The translations under genes and the position numbers were made by a program. Positions 26,501-37,800 of a stretch of 64,000 nt of DNA are shown here, piece after piece. Location: positions 21,584,483 through 21,648,482 of the forward strand of contig NC_068985.1 in assembly GCF_001194135.2 (NCBI RefSeq). Reading direction: 5' to 3'. Each line of letters begins with the position of its first letter. The stretch's first letter is position 1. This DNA is from Octopus bimaculoides (taxonomy: Eukaryota). A model generated the notes under the pieces. That model saw nothing but the letters and a program-made list of their open reading frames with translations. It had not been told where the DNA came from and searched no databases.

Positions 26501-28275
26501 TTCATTGTCTTAGTGTGTTTAAAGATTAACTGTTAAATAACCCAGTAATTTGCACAATTTGTCTTTAAACTTTTGTTGTATACTCATTGCATATTAGCTA
26601 ATAACTCATTTTCTATGCTGGTGCTTAAATTTAAATAGTTTATTTTGTTAAATCAAAGTTGTTTTATTGACCCACTCTAAATTTTTCTTAGTTATTTTTG
26701 GGAAGATATTAAACTTTATTTTAAAAGTTAATTGAAACATGTAGGGTGTATTTTGGTTATCAGAAAACAGTTCTTAGTTTACTGTATTTGTTTTGGTTTC
26801 AGGTTTGCGTATGTTGAGTTTGAGAGTTCCGATAATGTAAAGGATGCACTTGAAAACAAACAGGGTGTTGAGTGCGGGGACCAACGACTGTTGTTGGATT
26901 ATGCAAACAGTCCCAAGACTGATTATTCACAACAAAGAGGAAGAGGAGGCTTTAGAGATGGTAATTTTTATTTGATACTCACTTCAATTGTAATGAAATA
27001 GCATTACTTTGGTGCATTTATTAACCTTTTGTCTCTTTTTATTCAAGATGAACCAGAAGAATCCAGTGTACTTTTAGTAAGAAATCTGTCCTATGATTCA
27101 ACAGAAAGCTCTTTACGGTCATATTTCAAGGATGCTACTGATATACGATTACCATCATTTCCAGATTCTGGAAAGCCAAAAGGGTGTGTAATGACAACTT
27201 GTTCACTTTTTGCATTGTGTTGTATTGGATTTGACATTTTATTGCATATGTTCTTAGTCCATTTTTAAATATGGAACTTTCTCTTTTTTCTGTTTTAGAA
27301 TTGCCTTCATTGATTTTGATTCTATTCAAAATGCAAAAAGTGCTCTGACTAAATTTGATGGTACTAACATTGATGGCAGATCTGTACGGTGCTGTTATGC
27401 AAGAGGCAGAAATGATGGTGGTGGAGGTAGAGTAACTTTTTGTTTTGTTACTGAAGACAGGTGTGGTTGGAGTTTAAAAACTTATGCAGTAGGCATATTG
27501 GAAAGGTTTCAGAAAAGTAGATCATGGTATACTGAGTGGCAAAGTTAATTTGGGCCCAATGAAGATTTTTTTTCCCCCCTTGTATTTGCTATATTGTAGT
27601 TATTTAAATTCAGATTGTTTTTACCAAGCCACCAATGGTCTACAATTTCTTATAGTGACTTCTTACAGTTGTCACTATAACTATTTTGTTGACCATTGAC
27701 CCATTAGCATTTAATGAAGCCACATTTGGCCAAAATATTATACCAGCCTCTGGTGCCTTGCCCTGTGATGTCATTATAAAACTTATCAACTACCTCAAAA
27801 TATGATCTAATTAATTCAAGATAAGTGTGTATTACATTTAACAGTATGCTGAATGCTAAAGAGTTAACGTTTGATTTTGTAAGTTCTTCGTCAGCTATTT
27901 TTCTTCACACTTAAATACAAGATGATAACACAGATTGATATGTAAATTTCTTTTCCAGGTTTTGGTGGAAGACGTGGAGGAAGTTTTGGTGGTGGACGTG
28001 GAGGAGGTTTTGGTGGTGGCCGCGGTGGCGGAGGTTTTGGTGGTAGACGTGGAGGTTTTGGTGGTGGACGTGGTGGCGGAGGTTATGGTGGTGGCCGTGG
28101 CGGTGGAGGTTATGGTGGTGGTCGAAACAGTTTTGGTGGTATGTATAACATTTTTCTATTTTGTGCTTTTAATTTACAGGTTTAAAATGGAATGTTCATT
28201 TTTCCCTTTGTCTCAACATTTTTTTTTTCTTCTCCAGGAACAGGAAGGAAAAAGACTTTCAGTGATAGCGATTGA
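15110..28275 (+). CDS. NCL: Nucleolin-like protein, paralog A (basic/acidic N-terminus, bipartite NLS, 3 RRMs, RGG/GAR tail), about 523 aa
   Basis: Exons 15110-15136, 21545-21631, 22441-22495, 23074-23331, 23419-23463, 24057-24128, 25167-25284, 25395-25528, 25639-25774, 26803-26960, 27048-27183, 27299-27426, 27959-28138, 28238-28275 total 1572 nt in one open frame, MAGKKNKEK...RKKTFSDSD*. Acidic ESSEE tracts; NLS KKRK...KKAK; RNP2/RNP1 pairs VMCRNI/RAFAHIDL, LFLKNL/KGFAYVEF, LLVRNL/KGIAFIDF; GAR exon GFGGRRGGSFGGGRGGG. An extra exon inside the 18167-18708 gap cannot be excluded. Confidence 0.93.
19089..19386 (+). ncRNA. Conserved structured intron-1 element, copy in paralog A (candidate ncRNA or alternative/poison exon)
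   Basis: GC-rich 298-nt block closely similar to 49106-49406 (-) and 53461-53731 (+) while most surrounding intron 1 of A is not alignable by eye; compensatory changes in two stems; ends at GAG|GTAATC. Confidence 0.55.
22723..22945. mobile_element. TTAA-flanked short inverted-repeat element (piggyBac-type MITE-like)
   Basis: TTAATCCTTTAGTGTTC...AATGCTAAACGGTTAA; related copies near 34073-34297 and 61430-61636. Confidence 0.55.
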
Positions 28276-30589
28276 GCAGTTTGGACAATAAAACTGTGCC
28301 TTCCATTGTAAATGGATGATAACTGATCATGCCTCTTTGTTTTATATTCAAGCACATTCAATGTCTGCAGATGAAATCACTGTAATTCCAGTCTTAATAT
28401 TTGTGGACTTCCTTGTACATAGCCATAACTTTTTAATGCCACTGATGTTGTATGCTAACTTACTGCCATTAAAATTATCAAAATATCTATCTTGTTTGTC
28501 AATTACTTTCAAGTATCTTCTAATAATTGTTGGTATCTTAACTACAAACAGTTTATTCATTGTTTTTGGAACTGATTGCTATTCCTCAAGAAGTTATGTT
28601 GCTCATCTTAGGGTGAAAGTTACTGGACAATTTCTGCTCTGGTTTTGATTTCAGCCTCTGTAACCAGAAGTCTGTTAAGTTGCCACTTTGTGTTGGTAGG
28701 AAAACTGCTTCTTGTTTGAGATCCAAGTAGGGTTATAAACATTTACAGTTCCAGGTCAAGATACTTTTAGAGGAGTAAAATGAAAGGGATGCAAAAAACA
28801 TTAGTTTTAATAAATTGCTTATATTTTACACTTGGGAATACATGATGCTCAACTTAGTTTGGTGGTTAATGCTGGATTTCTCCAGATCCTGTCTTGGGAA
28901 TAAACATGACTTGACAGTGTTGCTACTACATGTTGCATCAGTACTAGAGATGTTTAAGACTGACAGTTTTCATTATCCTAAATATACATGTGAGGTGGAA
29001 AGGTTGCCAAAGTCGTAAATCTTCGATGGGAGTTCTTAGAGCCAATTATATTTCAATTTCTTTTCCATTCCTATACAGGTAGTCAAATCTTCAGTCCAAA
29101 AATACTTGGAACATTTTAACCTTGGACAGAATAATCAAACACCAGAACAATAGGCGTTGTGATGACATTGGGAGTAGGTCTTTTCGGTAGGAGATATCCT
29201 AATAAGCTGGATAGCTTGCTAGTAACTATCTTACAAAAACTAGAAAAAGTGACTTTACAAAAGAACCTCTTCTTCAACAATTGAATGCGTTCCTTCTTAA
29301 AAGTTAAATGGTTCATTTGTCTTAGGGAGGAACTTACTACGAGACATCTGGTAAGGGGTTCAGTATCTACAGTACTCTCCTTTTAATAGGGGCTAGTTTC
29401 AAGTCACTTCACTATATACAAGCTATTGTTTGTACTGGCCTGGGCACTACTGTGGATAACTGTTATTTTCTTCCTAACTACATTGATTTGGGTTCAATAC
29501 CGATGCGGAAATTTTTTGCCTCTTCTACAGACTCTGGCTTGAGTGGATTTGGTTGGCAGGAGCCTGTTATGTGTGAGTGAACTTTGCATCCTCCCACACC
29601 GTGTGCTTGCTGGTTACTAACAGTGCCCTTCCTATTTATGCAGATGGTGTCATTTCCTTCCAGTCTACCACAAAAGTGCAACTATGTTAATCAATATCTC
29701 CTTCAAATGATATAATTTTCTACATAACCATGTCTTTGCTGTTTTGATGGATTGGCATCTGGTTGTAGAATTAACTGCCAGCATATTTTCATCTGCTCTG
29801 TACCCTCATGGAAAAGTAGACATCAAACTTATGATTTGCTGCTGATGGATTATGATCCAAGTGCTTAGGATATGGTCCAAAGTGATCATGGATAGTTCCA
29901 CTAGTATGATTTGGCTGCACCCATTCCTTTCTTTTCTCTTGTATTCATGTCCAGAGGAGGTATTTTCTTCACTTTTCAGCTCATTTAAAATAAAAGGGTA
30001 TTAGATGCCTGGATGACCACATACATGTATGCACGTGGACTCAACTTATACATCATACACACTTATAAATTGAGCATTACTTTACCCTTAGAAAGATGCT
30101 GCTTGCCCCAGATTTGCTGTTCATGTGCACTGAAATGTGGAAAATTTTTGTTTTTGTAGAAAGTACCAAATAGCATAATTTTAGATGAATCCTTTTTTTC
30201 TCATCAATCTATTTTCTACACTGGTGTCCCCAACATGATTTGATGTATGTACATGGTGTGACAGCAAGTAACACCTTAATATTTTAAGTTTTAGCATTGA
30301 ATTCAATATAATTTGTCCCATCAGAGCTTTTTTCTTTTTTCTGTTACTACTAGTGTTCCTTGGACATTATATGGCAATTGTAGAACAACTACAGTGACAC
30401 TATCATTACCAATGCTAAAGACAACTCAGCCACTCCTATGCAATATTTACAACTGAACTTGTTTCCATCCTGAAAATCCTTTCTATAATTATTTTTACAC
30501 AATTTTTATTTTTTTATTTTGTCATTTAAATACTTTATTGATTACTCACTGTGAAAGGCTGCCTTATGTGGACGATCAGAAGGACCAGC

Positions 30590-32190
30590 TTTCCAAATTG
30601 ATGAGGCAACGAAGGATATGAAGACTGGGGAAAGACCCCTGCCTTTCAGGAATCACCACTGAGATGCTTAAAATATGTGGCAGGGTGAGACGGCCTAGCC
30701 ACCTTGTACAGTTAATCATGTCCAACAAAAAAAGTCATATCTAATGACTATAGTCAACTACTACAAAGGTAAAGGTGATGCCTAAGTTAATTTTACAGAG
30801 GTACCGATCAGACAGACTAGCGTGGGGAAGTTATAGAGAGGGCCATAGTTCAAGTTAACCCTGTTGAGATGCAGTTTGGTTTTGCATCAGGGTGAAGCAC
30901 CTGATGCTACCATCCTGGTAAAGCAGCTACAGAGGTATTCGACAATGAATAAACCTGAACTTGACACAAATACACTGCTCCGTCATCTGGCGGTCAATGC
31001 AGAAGCTAGGGATGAGTGGTTGGTGAGAGCTGTTCAGGTACGCTGTCAGTAAGTTGATGGTTGACAATGAATTCAGTGTACAGGTAGTTTACCAAGGATC
31101 AGTTCTTATCCCCTTCTTGTTCATCATAGTCCCCCAGGAGGTAACAGGCTGCCCATGGGAGCTCCTCTATGCTGATGCTCTTGTTCTTACAGCTGAGTCA
31201 GTATCTGAAGTAGAGGAAATTTTAGGTTTGGAGTCTAGTAGGAAACAAATCCTTTCAGGGAGATAGCCCTACTTGGTAGGGAGGGAAGGTGTTGGTAGAA
31301 ATTCTAAGTGATATACCCAGCTATGCATGCACAAGGTGCAGTAGTCTTCGTGTATGGTAGATGTGCAGGTACAGTAAGAGCTAAATGTAGTCTTCAACAA
31401 ATATCTGGGGGAACCCTTAGAAGTAGTAGATGGCATCTGTTACCTTGGTGACCAAGTTAGCATTAGAGTAGGAAGTTCTGAAAGCATAATTGCTAGAATA
31501 AGAACAAACTGAGCAAATGCCCTCTCCTTCAGCATGAAAAGCGGATTATATGATACTTGTATACATTACAACAATGCTACATGGGTTACAACCATAGAGG
31601 ACTTGCAAAGGCTTGAGAGAAAGGAAGCCAGCATGTTCCACTGGACAGGTAATGTAAGTGCACGTGCAGCAGGGTAAAAGATTTAAGAGAAAAATTGGGT
31701 ATCAGATGTAGCACGCAAGAGAGAAGAATGCTGGTATGATCACATGGTATGTATGGATGAGGACAGCTACATTAAAAAGTGTCCAACTCTAATTGTGGAG
31801 GGAATGTATGGAAGGGGTAGACTCAAGGAGGCATGGAAAGAAGTGGTGAGAAAGGATCTTGTACCTCACTGGGGAAATGACAAGGAACTGAGACTGGCAG
31901 TTTGCTGTGCTTGAGAAAAAGCATAAGTATAATTTCGGCTATCCTTTACAGCGATGCACCTCCTAATCCCTCTCTCAGTCAATGGGACCTTGTTTTGTAA
32001 GCTCGTGGGTACTGGTGCCATATAAAAAGCACCCAGTACACTCTGTAAAGTGGTTGATGTTAGGAAGGATGTCTAGCTGTAGAAACCATACCAAAACTGA
32101 CAATCGGAATTTGGTGCATCTCTGGCTTGTCAGCTCCTGTTGAACTGTCTGACCCAGACCAGATTGGAAATGGACATTAAATGATGACAT
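30590..32190 (+). mobile_element. Degenerate RTE-type LINE fragment between the 3' ends of A and B
   Basis: Collinear similarity to 39080-40916 (GGAATCACC..GAGATGCTTAAAATA; YQGSVLIPFLF; LLYADALVL). Confidence 0.75.
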
Positions 32191-33627
32191 TTTCATTTTA
32201 GCACCAAGAAAACACAGATTTAAATTTTCACAAATTTTTGATCAAAATAATACCTCTGGAACCTAGTCTCTTAAGTAATCCACATTTTATGAAGTCTTTG
32301 AAAGTTTTTCTCTAATGGTCTTAATTCTAACTTAAGAGTGTAAATCTTATCTTTATTTAAACCTGCTTTACAAAACTATTAAATTAACAGGCACATCAAC
32401 AAGCCACCAACTTCAAAATTAACACCAGCAACGTTCTTATAACCACTTCCTCCTGCATGCAAAATAGTCCTGTCGCAATTGTGTCTGCTGAGCAAGTCAT
32501 CCTCAAAGCTTTACAAACCCCATCTTCCATTCATTACAAATCCTTTAAAACTGGGGTTTTCAAACTTTTTGACTTGCAGACCCCTTTATATTTCAGGCTT
32601 TATCTTAGGGACCCCCTTATAAACGCTATGAAATTTATACAAAAATATTTGCTTAAAATAACATATTTTTACATTTATTTATTTAACAGTATTTAGCAAA
32701 TAGGTTTATTGTCAATTAAAAGATTTCGATTAAAAAGCATATATAAAATCAAATTGCCCATAAAAAGTATTTGCTGTCCATGGACCCCCTGTCTTGTTTT
32801 TGCAGACCACAGCTTGAAAACCCCTGCTTTAAAACTATAAAAAATACCTGTTAGCACTTCCAACCACATGGTTTTGGATTCAGGTCCACTGCATAGCACC
32901 TTTCAGTAAGTGACTTGAACTTGGGATGACCAAAGCCTTGCAAGTGGATCTGGTTACAGAAGCTGAAACTGTTGTGTGAATGTGTGTGTATTGTCTTGAC
33001 ATTATGTGGGAGGCATTCACCATCTGTTAGTATACTTCTGAGGCCTTTTGGGCAACCTGCACAGCAGAGTCCAGCCAGTCCCCATACTCATGATACCTTA
33101 CCTACCACGACCATACAGCTGACCAACACAAGTTATCGACCCAGCTGGATCTTCCATGAAGAGAACACAATAAGCAGGATAACCTTGTAAATAAGTGTCA
33201 ATCATCTCCAATATTCTGCACATACATGTCTGGCAATAAGATGTTGCCTGGCTTGGAAACAGGTGAAGGTTAACAACAGGAAGGACATCCAGCTGTAGAA
33301 AAGCTGCAAGCATGGAAAAGTGGACAATAATGTTTCAATTTCCAGTCATATACAACCAGGAGTAGACAAACATTCAGTATCCACTTCTGTGAGTAAATTA
33401 ATATTTTTCACTCTTAAGAATCCCAGTATTCAACCTTTCTATACACAATAACTATCTCATTTCTTTTAAACTGAACCAAGACCTTATTGCTGAACAATAG
33501 CCATCTGCAAAGCAAATACCACAAATTGCTATACATAATGATATTAACTGAACTGGTTTGTATGATTTACAATCACTAAGTTACATATGAACTCACTGAT
33601 GTTTTCACTGACAGTCATTAGTGAAAA

Positions 33628-34010
33628 CATCATCATCATCGTTTAACGTCCGCCTTCCATGCTAGCATGGGTTGGACGATTTGACTGAGGACTGGCGAAC
33701 CAAATAGCTACACCAGGTTCCAATCTGATTTGGCAGAGTTTCTACAGCTGGATGCCCTTCCTAACGCCAACCACTCAGAGAGTGTAGTGGGTGCTTTTAC
33801 GTGTCACCCGCACGAAGGCCAGTCAGACGGTACTGGCAACAACCACGCTCAAAATGGTGTATTTTACGTGCCACCTGCACAGGAGCCAGTCCAGCGGCAC
33901 TGGCAATGATCTCGCTCGAATGTTTTTTCACATGCCACCGGCACAAGTACCAGTAAGGCGACGCTGGTAACGATCATGTTCAAATGATGCTATTTATGTT
34001 CCACTGGCAC
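33628..34010 (-). mobile_element. Short retroelement with RTE-type 3' end and internal GTGGCACGTAAAA repeats
   Basis: CATCATCATCGTTTAACGTCCGCCTTCCATGCTAGCATGGGTTGGACG; close copies at about 8170-8545, 38060-38365, 44585-44880, 60155-60740 and 6210-6510. Confidence 0.75.
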
Positions 34011-34532
34011 AGAAGCCTATGATGTTGACCAGCTGACAACTCATATATTCGTTCCTTCTATGACATATTTATTTAACTTGTTAGCATTCAGATTACTTTG
34101 TCAAATGTTGACATTATTTTGAATTAACCATGCATTATCTTGTAGATGTGATTGCTTATTTTTAGAATGACACTATGGAGTAGGCATGAGGGCTGGATCT
34201 GATCAGTTTGAACACAAGACAGGTAGAATATTTGGGCTGGATATGACCAGTTTAAATATAAGCATTTTAGAACAAGCAATTTCAGGTGAAAGGTTAATAA
34301 AGATTTGTTACTCTAGTTAGTAACTACAGAAATTATTTACAGGCAAAACAAGAAGTGAATATTTTGATGTTTTTTAATCAGAGTAAGTTTACATACAATA
34401 TCAGTAGTGCAAAAATTCATGGCTATATACAAGTGAAACCACATATGTTAAGAACTGAATAAAAGTGACTTTTCTGCAGTCACTGGATGTGGATGTGGTT
34501 GTGATTGAATGTAAAAAAAAAAAAAAAAAAAA

Positions 34533-34816
34533 NNNNNNNNNNNNNNNNNNNNNNNNNNNNNNNNNNNNNNNNNNNNNNNNNNNNNNNNNNNNNNNNNNNN
34601 NNNNNNNNNNNNNNNNNNNNNNNNNNNNNNNNNNNNNNNNNNNNNNNNNNNNNNNNNNNNNNNNNNNNNNNNNNNNNNNNNNNNNNNNNNNNNNNNNNNN
34701 NNNNNNNNNNNNNNNNNNNNNNNNNNNNNNNNNNNNNNNNNNNNNNNNNNNNNNNNNNNNNNNNNNNNNNNNNNNNNNNNNNNNNNNNNNNNNNNNNNNN
34801 NNNNNNNNNNNNNNNN
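34533..34816. other. Assembly gap expected to hide the terminal coding exon of paralog B (other gaps: 18167-18708, 20495-20504, 56337-56643, 57745-58301)
   Basis: Lies between B's last visible donor (34845) and a 3' UTR segment homologous to A's. The equivalent interval in A (intron, 38-nt exon, proximal UTR) is about 215 nt. Confidence 0.8.
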
Positions 34817-34845
34817 AAAAAAAAAAAAAAAAATGGTTTATATAC

Positions 34846-37800
34846 CAATACTGTTTCGTCCGCCACTATAACCTCTGTTTCGACTATAGCTGCTGCCGTA
34901 ACCTCCACCACCACTGCCGTAGCCTCCGCCGCCACCATAACCACCACCACCATAGCCTCCACCGCCACCGTAGCTTCCTCCACTACGTCTACTGCTATAG
35001 CCACCTCCGCCATAGCCACCACTACCGTAGCCACCACCACCATAGCCACCACTACCATAACCACCACTTCGGCCGCCATAACCACCACTGCGACCACCAT
35101 AACCGCCACCACCACCACTACTATAGCCACCATAACCTCCACTGCGTCCGCCATAACCGCCACTGCGTCTTCCAGCATAACCTGCAAATAAAGTTAAAAT
35201 TCAGAAAACCATAGCAGTTGACTTTCAAGAACAGGATTTCATCATACTTATATTGGAACTACAAAAAATGAATTAACTATCAACATTTCCCTGTGTTGAC
35301 TCGACCCCATAAATGACAACTTTATACTTAGATACCTAAACTTATAAAGGTCTAATTATTTAAATATAATTTTAGTAATATGCATGTAGCCTAAAAGCTG
35401 CAGAAAAAATCCCGATAAACAATATTACATTATACTGAACACTTTGCCTACCATATGTGTTACTGGTGATTCCCACAGTACAGAACTGATATAATATTTA
35501 TTCTGTACTGCGGGAGTCACCAGCGACACTCATGGTATACATCAATGTGGTAAGTTTATATAGTGAATTGAAACATATACATAGTTTTAAAAAATGTTTA
35601 AATTTATAACGAAATGAGGTTGCTGGTGCAAAAAGAAAATATGACATAAAGTGGGTTTGGTTGGCCACGTGTTAGTCAAATTTTACTCAAATACACATCA
35701 TACACAATTAGTTTCTCCTTTTTTAAAATATCTGACAGAATGTACCTTAACATTTCATTCACAATAGGTCTTAACAAAATGAGATAATATCAAAAGCTAC
35801 TGTACCTCGATTTCTGCCATCATTGTCACCTCTGTTTCTTGCAAAACAGCAGGAAACAGTTCTGCCATCAATATCAGTACCATCATATTTGTTCAAAGCA
35901 CTTTTTGCTTTTGATACAGACTCAAATTCCACAAACGCAATTCTAAAATAGAAATTTTAAAAGATGGAAAATTCCACTTTGAAAATAATTAATTATACCA
36001 AAATCAAACAAATAATACACTATATCATGAACAAATGTTAACTTGCTTATAAATAACAAAGTCATTTTACACACCCTTTTGGTTTTCCTGAATCTGAAAA
36101 TATTGGCATTCGTACAGCAGTAACATCTCTGAAATATGATCGCAAAGAATCTTCTGTTGTCTCATAGGATAGATTTCTCACTAGTAGCACATTGGATTCT
36201 TCAGGTTGATCTTAAATTGACAAAGAGAAAAGAAAATACATGCATAAAATGAAGTTAATTCAAAGTAAATCATTTAATTTCTATCAAATGAAAGTTTAAT
36301 AAAGGAGAAAAATTACCATCTCTAAAACCTCTCCTTTGCCGTGAAGTACCTCCTGCATAGTCTAAGTACAATTTTCGGTCCCCACATTCAACCCCTTGTT
36401 TGTTTTCAATGGCATCCTTTACTTCTTCAGCAGTATCAAACTCAACATAGGCAAACCTGAAGAAACAAAGACACACATATTACATTTAGGAAATAATGTT
36501 TTGATATAAAACTTGCTTGTACCAACCCTTACTAGTTAAATTAATGTGCCTTTTACATTTGCTAAATGGAAAACTGTGTTGCAAAACACATCTGATACTA
36601 CTGAAAAGAGAATATCTAAATATGTGATTGTCTAACTGGTAAGCATAATTTCAATAAAACCATCTCAGTAAACTTACCCTCTATGCGTATCTCTCTTGCA
36701 TGGAATTCGGACATTTCGGGCATCGGGAAATATTTCCATCAGACTGTTCCTAATACTCTCTTCTGAATCATCATAGGACAAGTTCTTCACAAATAGTGAT
36801 TTTGAATCATCTGGAAAAAAGAAAAAAAAAAGTTTATAACTGAAATTATATTGTTCAGAGAATAGGAAAAGGCATTTTGTATAATTAACTCAAATGTTAC
36901 CCGAGTATCTGAGACAACTCAAGTTTACCTATTCATACTGAAATCAAGACATTGATGTAAATTATTACTGCATTAGTATTAACAATTTCACTAGACAAAC
37001 ACTTGCCGTGTACTGTCCAGTATTCTTATAATGTGAATTTTATTCTCTAATTTTTTCTAAATCTTTATTTTCCTCTTATTTCCATAATATATTATCTTTA
37101 AAACTTTATAAGCTTCAGGTTTAGAAATAAAGAACCTGAAATTGAACAATTTTTGGATAGCAGCAGATAAAAAAAAAATGTAGCAAACATAGCACATGAC
37201 AGGTTGAACCAGATGCTTCAAGTTACAAGGGTTTAAATAATGTCAGGCAGCAGAAGTGAATGCAATGATATCCAGAAAGACAATAGAGTGAAACTTAAAA
37301 TATTTCTCTTCCAAATTTTTTTTAGAAGAGACCAGACTTCAGTAGGTTTTCTCAAAACTAAAAAAGAAACCCTGATTATTTACTTTACTTTATTCCATTT
37401 CAAAAGCTACATAGAATAACAGCAAAGACTAATTGCTATGCAAAACATAGCAATACATTTGATAGATAGAGCTTGTATATTGTCTTACAAAGCCAATCTA
37501 AACTCACAAATATTTTACAATTACATTCATATGCATAGAGAAGATAAACATACCCTTATCTCTGTCTGTTCTTTCTGGTTTTGATGCTCCCATGGGCTTA
37601 CCCTTTTCAAATATCAATATAGACCCTTTAAATTCAATATCCTGCATGGCTAGGACTGCCTCAAGGTCATCAGGATTAGCTAAGTCGATATGTGCAAACC
37701 TATAAAAGAAGAATACAAAAAAAAATGAATGACAAAGAAGTAGCAAAAAGCACAGAAAAACAAACATAAAATGGGTAATAAATAAATCTAATACACACTT

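Noticed and set aside
29030-29690. Possible LINE endonuclease remnant on the minus strand (HGVG motif)
   Set aside because: Too decayed to assign with confidence.
34846-34890. Suspected frameshift at the end of B's low-complexity exon
   Set aside because: Base-by-base re-reading gives CGA AAC AGA GGT TAT, in frame; the exon is 336 nt.
34480-35187. Val/Ala-rich ORF and antisense Thr- or His-rich ORFs (likewise 27935-28291)
   Set aside because: Off-frame or antisense readings of the Gly-rich exons; splice phase fixes the Gly frame.
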